In this document: positions 35,527 through 43,388 of the stretch, one piece after another | Numbering within the stretch: position 1 is the first letter of the stretch | Layout of the letters: each line of letters starts with the position of its first letter | Notes under the pieces: model-generated | Told to the model about the DNA's origin: nothing | What the model saw: only the letters and a program-made list of their open reading frames with translations | Databases searched by the model: none | Program-made: the position numbers and the translations under genes | Assembly (NCBI GenBank): GCA_947478395.1 | Contig: CANJVR010000003.1 | Coordinates: 192,001-256,000, forward strand | Length of the DNA stretch: 64,000 nt | From: Opitutia bacterium | GTDB taxonomy: Bacteria; Verrucomicrobiota; Verrucomicrobiia; Opitutales; Opitutaceae | Direction of reading: 5' to 3'

Positions 35527-37257
35527 TCACCAACTCCGCGCAGAGGTGGCCCACTTCGCCAGAGTGAGGCGATGAATCTTGGCGTTGTGACGGACGTCGA
35601 CGGGAAAGCCGGGGTGGAAAAAGATTTTTTCGATGCGAGCCGTAGCAGCATTCCGCGCGGCGATTTCCCGTAATTCCCGGGCCAGACCCGCCCGGTCGCT
35701 CACGGGCGTGCTGGCGGTGAGTTCGATGGCCAGCGCGGGTTCCTGCAAGCCACGCGGGCCAAGGCCCACGAGGGCGCAACGCGCAACTGCGGGATGCCCG
35801 CGAAAAATCTGCTCGCACGGCTCGGTGTAAAGCACGCCGTACACGGTTTCGATTCGTTCGGCTTTTCGACCGCAAAACCAGAGGCGCCCGTCCAAATCCA
35901 GATAACCGCAGTCGCCCATCCGATGCCAGATGCCGGCGGTGCCGGCAGCGGTTTTGGAGTTTGGATTTTGGCTTGGGTTTGAGTTGGGCGTTTCGAATTG
36001 GCCCGCGGCTGCTTTTACCGCGGGGGCGTCGCCGCCGGTCGTTTTAATCTTGGCGAGAGCCGTGGCTGCTGGGAGCGCGTCGTAGGAATTCGTCACGACG
36101 GGACCCCGGACTACAATCTCGCCGATCTCACCGCGGGGAAGTTCGCGCATATCGGCCATGGATTCGATAGCGCCTTCAACCGGGACGATGATTTTGATTT
36201 CGATTTCGGAAACGGGACGACCGACACACGCGCCGGGGCCGCGGACCATTTTGATTTCATCCGCAGAAATGCTCGTCACGGGCAGCGCCTCCGTGGCGCC
36301 GTAGGGGCTGTGAAGCTGCCCGCGCGGCAGAATCTCGGGCGAAATTTCCCACAACCGCGCGGGCACGGGCGCGCCGGCACAGAGCACGCGGCGTAGCGTG
36401 GGCAGCGTAATGCCACGCGCGAGACAGTGGTCGCCGATCTTTCGCCAGAGCGTGGGCGAGCCGAATGAGTTCGTGACGTTCTCCTGGCGGATGGCCTGAA
36501 CTATTTTTGCCGCATTCAGCGTGGCCGGGCGGCGCGGATCAAGTTCGGGAATAATCGTCGTCATCCCGAGCGCAGGATTGAACAACGCAAAGATGGGCAG
36601 GAGCGGCAGGTCGATTTCCCCCGGCCGAATATCGTAGGTCTCGCGAATGAGGCGGACTTGGGCGTCGAAGTGACCGTGCTCGTAGCACACGCCTTTCGGC
36701 GCGCCCGTGGATCCGCTCGTGAACAGTATGGCCGCGAGCTCCGTGGCCGAACAGGGGGCGATCGCTTCGAGTTTCAGTTTTTGAGCCTGCCGCGAAGCGA
36801 GCCGGGCCGTGAGCGAATTGGCCGCGGCGACGCGGATCTTAACGGAGGAGAAAGTGCGACGGAAAAGTCGGTTGAGTAGTCGGGCGAAAGGAATGCCAAC
36901 GAGGACGCGGGGGCGCGCATGGACGACACAGCCGAGGAAGTGTTTTAGGCCCATGCCCGGGTCGATCACCACGGGCACGGCGCCGAGGGTGAAAAGGGCG
37001 AAGACTGCGGCGATGAGCGGCAGGCCCGGACGAACCATTACTAACGTGCGATCACCCGGGCGCACGCCAGCGACGGTCAGGCGGGATTGCCACGCTGCGA
37101 CCTCGGATGCGAGTTCGGCAAATGTGAGGGTTAAATAGTCGATTTCGCCCGCCGCGGTGCGGCCCCGTGGAATTTTAAGCGCGGCGGTATCGGGCTGCGC
37201 GGCGGCCATCGCGAGCAGATGTCGGGCGATGTTGAGATTGGCGGCGGACGGAGACAC
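35527..37257 (-). CDS. oleC: OleC-like olefin beta-lactone synthetase (AMP-dependent ligase)
   Basis: NIA.HL, IDPGMG, FTSGSTGAPKGV, FGSP, PYGATEALPV, WHRMGD, FPVDVRHNAKI. Confidence 0.83.
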   Translation of the reverse strand: MSPSAANLNIARHLLAMAAAQPDTAALKIPRGRTAAGEIDYLTLTFAELASEVAAWQSRLTVAGVRPGDRTLVMVRPGLPLIAAVFALFTLGAVPVVIDPGMGLKHFLGCVVHARPRVLVGIPFARLLNRLFRRTFSSVKIRVAAANSLTARLASRQAQKLKLEAIAPCSATELAAILFTSGSTGAPKGVCYEHGHFDAQVRLIRETYDIRPGEIDLPLLPIFALFNPALGMTTIIPELDPRRPATLNAAKIVQAIRQENVTNSFGSPTLWRKIGDHCLARGITLPTLRRVLCAGAPVPARLWEISPEILPRGQLHSPYGATEALPVTSISADEIKMVRGPGACVGRPVSEIEIKIIVPVEGAIESMADMRELPRGEIGEIVVRGPVVTNSYDALPAATALAKIKTTGGDAPAVKAAAGQFETPNSNPSQNPNSKTAAGTAGIWHRMGDCGYLDLDGRLWFCGRKAERIETVYGVLYTEPCEQIFRGHPAVARCALVGLGPRGLQEPALAIELTASTPVSDRAGLARELREIAARNAATARIEKIFFHPGFPVDVRHNAKIHRLTLAKWATSARSW

Positions 37258-37307
37258 GAGCGGGCTTTTTAGCTTGGAAGGTAAAATATTCGATCAAATC
37301 GCCTAAG

Positions 37308-37333
37308 AAAAAACCCCGCGACATGGCGGGGTT
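37308..37333 (-). terminator. Rho-independent terminator upstream of oleC
   Basis: Minus strand AACCCCGC-CATGTC-GCGGGG-TTTTTT. Confidence 0.75.
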
Positions 37334-37361
37334 CTGGTGCAGGAGAGCGAGCGCTGCGGGC

Positions 37362-37622
37362 TCAGTAGTCGCGCAGCGTAATCAGTCCCCACAGCAAAGT
37401 GGTCTTGGCGCCGGAGGGATTGCCGCGGCCGATGAGCTTCGTTGTGTCGACGTCAGCCGTGGCGGGCGTGGTGGGTTGAAAAGAGTTTGTGGCGACGGTG
37501 AGGGCGCCGCCTAGCACGGTCGTTTCCTTGCCGCCGCTGGCGGTGGTGCGCGTTGCGCAGCCGGAAAACATTAACGCGATGCCACAAGCGACGAGGAATA
37601 GTGGACGGACCTTTTTTTTCAT
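37362..37622 (-). CDS. Small hypothetical lipoprotein
   Basis: MKKK + hydrophobic stretch + FSGC lipobox; followed by a terminator. Confidence 0.75.
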   Translation of the reverse strand: MKKKVRPLFLVACGIALMFSGCATRTTASGGKETTVLGGALTVATNSFQPTTPATADVDTTKLIGRGNPSGAKTTLLWGLITLRDY

Positions 37623-37637
37623 GGGGTAAATGGCGGA

Positions 37638-38825
37638 TCAGGCGGCGGGGCTAAGCGAGGGAGCGGCGCGAAGAAGATCGGCCTGCCAGGGCAATAGCAA
37701 CTCGTCGAGGGCCCGCGGGGAACGCGCGAGCTGAGCGAGTTGGGCGCGATTAGCGATGAGCGTGGGCTCGATCTCAAGTTTCACGGCAATCTGGTCGCGC
37801 TCTTCCTTGATCTTATCGAGCAGCGCAACTTCGGACTGCGTGAGCGAGGGGCGGCTCGGATCGCGACCAGGCCGACGGGGCAGCGTAAGTGGATCACGCG
37901 CGAGACCGGCGCGCAAAGCCGCGGCCAGTGAACCGATAAGCCGGTCATGACGCTTACCGAGATGAACCCGCTCGAGAATCGAAGCTTCGGAATCTCCGAC
38001 CTCGGCGGCTTCCGAAATCTGCAGAAGAAGGGAATTGCCGCAGACTTTGAACGGCGGCGTGTCGATACGCTCCGCGTGTAATTCGCGCCAGTGCCAGATC
38101 GCGTGGAGCACGGTGAGTCCAAGCCCGCGCAAACGTTCCGATTTGCCGATGCGCCAATCGTGTTCCGTCGCCGGAGCGAAACCTTCGGTGCCAGCCTCGA
38201 TTTGCGCCCGGCATTGTTGATCAAGCCATTCGATCCGATCGAGCCGCACAAGTTCGCGCATGAGCAAATCGCGGAGCGAGGGAAGGTGCCAGACATCCAG
38301 CGCCGCGTAATCGAGCAACTTCGGTGTCAGCGGCCGACGCGACCAGTTTGCCTTCTGGCCATCCTTGTCGAGCTCCACGCCGAAATGTTCTTCGAGTAAC
38401 GCCGCGAGGCCGATGCGCTGGCGGCCGAGCAATTGAGCGGCGAGCATCGTGTCAAAAAGACTGTGCGGCCGAAAACCACAGAGATCATGAAGCAGGCGCA
38501 CATCGAAATCGCTGCCGTGCATCACGAGATGTTTCTTCGCGAGAATGCGCCAGAGATCATCGAGCCGGAGTCCGGGCGCGAGGACATCGACGAGAAAAAC
38601 TTCTCCGTCGACCAAGAATTGGAGCAGGCAAACGCGTACCTTGTAATGGTACATGTTGTCGGCTTCGGTATCGAGGGAGACCTCATCCACCTGTTCCAAC
38701 GCCTTGAGCAAGGGCGCGAGCAATTCCTGCTGATCGATCAGCAGGAATCCGGGCGGCCGAAGGGCGACATTTACACCGAGCAATCGGCGGACGGGATGCG
38801 GCAGAAAACGTGAAATCATTAGCAT
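37638..38825 (-). CDS. rnd: Ribonuclease D (DEDDy exonuclease plus HRDC)
   Basis: LDTEAD, CLLQ, HGSDFD, FDTMLAAQLLG, WSRRPL..KLLDYAALDV; start uncertain. Confidence 0.9.
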   Translation of the reverse strand: MLMISRFLPHPVRRLLGVNVALRPPGFLLIDQQELLAPLLKALEQVDEVSLDTEADNMYHYKVRVCLLQFLVDGEVFLVDVLAPGLRLDDLWRILAKKHLVMHGSDFDVRLLHDLCGFRPHSLFDTMLAAQLLGRQRIGLAALLEEHFGVELDKDGQKANWSRRPLTPKLLDYAALDVWHLPSLRDLLMRELVRLDRIEWLDQQCRAQIEAGTEGFAPATEHDWRIGKSERLRGLGLTVLHAIWHWRELHAERIDTPPFKVCGNSLLLQISEAAEVGDSEASILERVHLGKRHDRLIGSLAAALRAGLARDPLTLPRRPGRDPSRPSLTQSEVALLDKIKEERDQIAVKLEIEPTLIANRAQLAQLARSPRALDELLLPWQADLLRAAPSLSPAA

Positions 38826-39571
38826 GGCGCAACAGCTGCGCCGGACAAAACGTTCAACCGGCGCCAACGAACGTTCAACGCCGAAGTTCGAAATGGCGCG
38901 AAATCTCCACGGTCCGATTGCAATTAAGCACCGACGAAGAGGTGCGCAGGAAAGACACTAAAGGCAGATCTACCCGTGCGTTGGGCTGGTTTCGTGGGAC
39001 CATGCCACGGTTAGATTCGATTTTCGGATTCTGCCCACACGGCGGGTAAAGCGTCGATGAGCCGCGGAAGATCGGGGCTCTACCCGCCCTTCAGCATACT
39101 GGGCGTCGAAATTCCAAACGGCGATGCGACCCACCCCGGGGTATTGGCGGGCGCAAAGAGCGACGGCCGCGATGGAGTTGAGATAACAGAAACTTACGGC
39201 GGCACTCGAGACGCGGTGGGCGTCTCCGGCAATCTCTGGAAATCATAGCGCGTGCTCGTCGAAATCGCGCGGATCGTTCAGACGGCGGAGATCGAGCGAG
39301 GCGCGCGCAAAAAGAGTGTTTCGTCAGCGGCCGTACCAGGCGGTGTGCCGCACCCCCATTGGGGATGATTGGCGTGAAGATGTCCCGCCGAGTTCAGCAT
39401 GCGCGCCGGTTCCTGGTGACGGATGGATGAACCGGGGTCGACGCCGTGCAGCTTGTGCAGAATGAGCATGAGTTATCGCGGTCCAGTCTGAGATCAACCG
39501 AACGAAGGTAAACGCCGCCGGGAAAAATAAGACCGTAGACCGGTCCGCCGGAAGAAAATCACCGCGACCAC

Positions 39572-39592
39572 ATGTCACCTATTAAGTGACAT
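39572..39592. repeat. 21-bp near-palindrome ATGTCACCTATTAAGTGACAT, copy 2 (about 80 bp upstream of queC)
   Basis: Identical to 34770-34790. Confidence 0.9.
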
Positions 39593-39669
39593 TTCCTCTG
39601 AGAGCGGGTGCTGAAGTCTCGCCTGAGAACGATTTTGCATCGCGCAGGACGGGCGCTCAAGGTGCCACG

Positions 39670-40371
39670 ATGAAGGTCGTCGTACTGTGTTCGGGTGGCA
39701 TGGATTCCGTGGTCGCGCTGCATTGGGCGCGAGGCGAGCACGCCGTAAGCGCCGTGGTGAGCTTCGACTATGGCGCGAAGCACAATCACCGCGAAATCCC
39801 GTTCGCCGCCGAGCACGCGCACGCACTCGGAGCGCGACATGAGATCGTGAAACTGGAATTCGTTAACCGGCTCTTCGCTTCGGCCCTGCTCCAGAGCGGC
39901 GGAGAAATTCCAGAGGGCCACTACGAGGCGGAAAACATGAAGCAGACCGTCGTGCCGTTTCGCAACGCGATCATGTTGAGCGTGGCTTGCGGATTTGCGG
40001 AAAGCATCGGCGCGGAAGGGCTCGTGATCGCCGCTCACGGCGGGGATCACGCGATTTATCCGGACTGCCGCGAGGAATTCATGCAAGCCATGGGCGATGC
40101 GATGCGGCTGGGAACCTATGCGGGCGTGCAACTGCTGCGACCGTTCATCGCGCTGAAGAAAGACGGCATTGCCGCCGAAGGTGCGCGCCTCGGCGTGGAT
40201 TTTTCCCGGACCTGGTCGTGCTACAAGGGCGGCCCGATGCACTGCGGCAAATGCGGTACGTGCGTCGAGCGACGCGAAGCATTCGCGCTCGCGAGACTGC
40301 AAGATCCAACGGTGTATGCGGCGACCGAGTCGTTGCCCGAAAAACCAATCGAGAACGCGAAGCCCCGCTAA
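39670..40371 (+). CDS. queC: 7-cyano-7-deazaguanine synthase
   Basis: SGGMDS, VPFRNAIML, YPDCR, TWSCY....HCGKCGTC. Confidence 0.96.
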   Translation: MKVVVLCSGGMDSVVALHWARGEHAVSAVVSFDYGAKHNHREIPFAAEHAHALGARHEIVKLEFVNRLFASALLQSGGEIPEGHYEAENMKQTVVPFRNAIMLSVACGFAESIGAEGLVIAAHGGDHAIYPDCREEFMQAMGDAMRLGTYAGVQLLRPFIALKKDGIAAEGARLGVDFSRTWSCYKGGPMHCGKCGTCVERREAFALARLQDPTVYAATESLPEKPIENAKPR

Positions 40372-40432
40372 TCTTCGCTATTTTTTCAGCATCAGCAGTT
40401 ATTCGTACCGATCAGCGTTCCGATTTTTTCCG

Positions 40433-41131
40433 ATGCTTATTTCCGAGATCTTTTATTCCCTCCAAGGCGAAGGTGCGCTCACCGGCGTGCCGTCCGTGTT
40501 TGTACGGACCAGCGGCTGCAATCTACGCTGCGCCTGGTGCGACACGCCGTATGCCTCGTGGAATCCCGAAGGTACGCAGATGAGTGTCGATCGAATCGTC
40601 GCCGCCGTGCAGGCCCATTTGGCCGCCCGTCACGTCGTGCTGACCGGGGGCGAACCGATGATCGCAAAGGAAATTCGGGCGCTCGCGGCGGCGTTGAAGG
40701 CCCTCGGTTATCATCTCACCATTGAAACCGCCGCGACCGTTGCGCCGGAAGGAATCGCGTGTGACCTCGCCTCGATGTCACCGAAGCTGCTCAACTCCGC
40801 GCCGGATGCGACGCAGCACGCGGCGTGGCGCAAGAAGCACGAGGCCACGCGCTGGCAACCGGCGGTTGTGCGAAGCTGGCTCGATGCCGGTTGCGACTAT
40901 CAATTCAAGTTCGTCGTCGCCGCATCGGCTGACGTGGATGAACTGGAAGGCATGCTCGCATCGCTCGGACGCGAAATTCCACGGCACAAGGTCCAGCTGA
41001 TGCCCGAGGCGCGCACCCTCGAGCAAATGCGGGAGCGGGCCGCGTGGTTGAGCGAGGTGTGCAAGGCCCGCGGTTTTCGTTACGCCCACCGCCTCCACAT
41101 CGAACTTTATGGCAACAAACGCGGCACCTGA
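40433..41131 (+). CDS. queE: 7-carboxy-7-deazaguanine synthase (radical SAM)
   Basis: EIFYSLQGEG, GCNLRCAWCDT, LTGGEP, SPKL, RLHIELYG. Confidence 0.95.
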   Translation: MLISEIFYSLQGEGALTGVPSVFVRTSGCNLRCAWCDTPYASWNPEGTQMSVDRIVAAVQAHLAARHVVLTGGEPMIAKEIRALAAALKALGYHLTIETAATVAPEGIACDLASMSPKLLNSAPDATQHAAWRKKHEATRWQPAVVRSWLDAGCDYQFKFVVAASADVDELEGMLASLGREIPRHKVQLMPEARTLEQMRERAAWLSEVCKARGFRYAHRLHIELYGNKRGT

Positions 41132-41816
41132 AACCCCGGGCCGCACTGGCACTTCCCCACCCTCGCCGCTCAGCGGGCAACCCGATGCGCCATCCCCAGC
41201 GGTTGCGCGAAAACTTTCGGACGAGCTCGCGTTAATCCTGCGTGAATTCGAGGTTGAGACGGTGACGTTGCGCGAAGTGATGGGGGTACTGGATGGCCGC
41301 GGCTACGTGCTACTCCTCCTGCTGCTCGCACTCCCATTCTGCACGCCGATTCCATTGCCGGGATTGTCGACGCCATTTGGGCTCGTGATCGCTTTGATCG
41401 CGCTGCGACTGATGCTTGGGCGCAAACCTTGGCTGCCCTCGCGGCTGCTGGACACCTCGCTTTCGCCGCGGTTCTTTGCGAAAGTTTTTTCGGCCGCCCG
41501 AAAAATTTTGCGGGGCTTCGAATATTTTCTGCGGCCGCGACTACGGTGGTTAACCCATTTGGCGACGCTGCGGCAGGTGCATGCGGCGCCGATGCTGATC
41601 TCGGCCCTGTTGTTGCTGCTCCCACTACCTATCCCCTTTAGCAACACCCTGCCCGCTTGGACGATCCTGCTGATTGCGGCCGGGTTGTTGGAACGTGACG
41701 GACTTTTTATACTATCAGGCTATCTGGTGTTCGTCTGTTCGCTGCTCTTTTTCGGTGTGCTCGGATTCGCGGGATCCGAGGGTTTGGGTGCGTTGCGGCA
41801 ATGGTGGGCGCGCTGA
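41109..41816 (+). CDS. ExoD family membrane protein
   Basis: LALPFCTPIPLPG, PWLP, RPRL, LPIPFSNTLP, GLLERDG. Confidence 0.9.
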   Translation: MATNAAPETPGRTGTSPPSPLSGQPDAPSPAVARKLSDELALILREFEVETVTLREVMGVLDGRGYVLLLLLLALPFCTPIPLPGLSTPFGLVIALIALRLMLGRKPWLPSRLLDTSLSPRFFAKVFSAARKILRGFEYFLRPRLRWLTHLATLRQVHAAPMLISALLLLLPLPIPFSNTLPAWTILLIAAGLLERDGLFILSGYLVFVCSLLFFGVLGFAGSEGLGALRQWWAR

Positions 41817-41956
41817 CGTTCGCCGCTGGCAGACCACGTTAGACGGACGATAAGCACCGGAGCGTTGCAGGCGCTGCCGCATTTTGAATCCTGCGGCCCA
41901 GCGAGCACAGAGTTGCGCGCCGATCTTCATTCATCACGGTTCCCTTCCCCTGCACG

Positions 41957-43243
41957 ATGAAATCCACCGCAGACCACGAGCCCAAAAAAGTGCACTACGC
42001 TTGGATCGTCGCCGGCGTGACGTTCCTCACGCTCCTTGCCGCGGCAGGGGCCCGAGCCATGGCGGGAGTTATCCTGCTGCCATTCGGAAATGAGTTTCAG
42101 TGGAGCCGCGCCAAGGTGTCATCGATCATATCAATTAACATTTTTCTCTACGGCTTGGTCGGCCCGTTTGCCGCTGCGCTCTATCAACGCTTCGGTTTGC
42201 GTCGGACCATGTTGGCGGCGATGACGCTGCTTTGCTCGGGCTACGCCGCCTCGACTGCGGCGACGCACTACTGGCAATTCGTACTCCTGTGGGGCGTGGT
42301 GGTCGGGGTCGGGTCTGGCCTGGCGGCAACGGTCCTCGGCGCGGCCGTAGCCAATCGGTGGTTCACGCAGCGGCGCGGTCTTGTGATGGGCGTGCTGACG
42401 GCGAGCACGGCGACGGGGCAGCTGATTTTCCTGCCCGCGCTCGCCACCGTCGTGACGGCTCATGGCTGGCGCAGTGCGCCGCTGATCGTGGCCGGCGCGA
42501 CCGCACTGGTGTTTCCGGTGATTTGGATTTTTATGCGCGACGATCCGAGGGACGTGGGGCGACGTCCGTTTGGTGAAACCGGCGCACCTGAACTGGCCGC
42601 GGTTGCGACGCCGGCGGGGAATCCGGCACGACGGGCACTCGCGGTGCTCGCCGAAGCGATGAGGGTACGCGATTTCTGGCTGCTCGCCGGATCTTTCTTC
42701 GTGTGCGGCGCAAGTACCAATGGCCTGATTGGAACGCATCTTTTGGCGGCGGCGTTCGATTGCGGAATTCCGCCGGTCCGCGCCGCGGGGTTACTGGCGA
42801 TGATGGGGCTGTTCGATTTGGTTGGTACGACCGTCTCGGGATGGTTGAGCGACCGATACAACTGCCGCTATTTGCTGTTTGGCTACTACGGGCTGCGTGG
42901 ACTTTCGCTGCTGTTCCTGCCGGAGGCGTTGATCGGGCCGGCGGCCGGACTCGGGATTTTCGCGGTGTTCTACGGGCTCGATTGGATCGCGACCGTGCCG
43001 CCCACGGTGCGGTTGACGGGCGATGTCTTTAGTCGCGAGCGTGCGAGCATCGTCTTTGGCTGGATTGTCGCGGCGCACCAATTGGGCGCGGCGTTTGCGG
43101 CTTACGCCGCGGGAGCGTTGCGAACGAACTTCGGCCACTACGCGCCGGCATTCATGGGGGCCGGCGCGCTTTGTCTGATCGCAGCGATTGCAGTACTGCC
43201 GATCACACGGAAAAAGCAGGAATTTCCTAAGGCTGCGGCTTGA
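41957..43243 (+). CDS. MFS transporter (YbfB/MCT-like)
   Basis: About 12 TM segments; HYAW, ANRWF..RRG, SGWLSDR, LDWIATVPPT. Confidence 0.92.
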   Translation: MKSTADHEPKKVHYAWIVAGVTFLTLLAAAGARAMAGVILLPFGNEFQWSRAKVSSIISINIFLYGLVGPFAAALYQRFGLRRTMLAAMTLLCSGYAASTAATHYWQFVLLWGVVVGVGSGLAATVLGAAVANRWFTQRRGLVMGVLTASTATGQLIFLPALATVVTAHGWRSAPLIVAGATALVFPVIWIFMRDDPRDVGRRPFGETGAPELAAVATPAGNPARRALAVLAEAMRVRDFWLLAGSFFVCGASTNGLIGTHLLAAAFDCGIPPVRAAGLLAMMGLFDLVGTTVSGWLSDRYNCRYLLFGYYGLRGLSLLFLPEALIGPAAGLGIFAVFYGLDWIATVPPTVRLTGDVFSRERASIVFGWIVAAHQLGAAFAAYAAGALRTNFGHYAPAFMGAGALCLIAAIAVLPITRKKQEFPKAAA

Positions 43244-43388
43244 GGTGCGCTTTTATTTTGCTCGAAGGGCAGCCGCAATCTCCACCACAGCCGGAATTTT
43301 TTTTGGCGGACGCACGGAGGACTAACCACGTCGCGGCGAGCGCGACGAGGGCGAGAGCGAGGAGCGACTGAATCGGTGCGGACATTTA

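Noticed and set aside
39593..41131. queC-queE as part of a 7-deazaguanine DNA-modification or defence system, or with a preQ1 riboswitch
   Set aside because: No dpdA/tgt, nuclease or ATPase neighbours and no recognisable preQ1 aptamer; the proteins look like ordinary queuosine enzymes.
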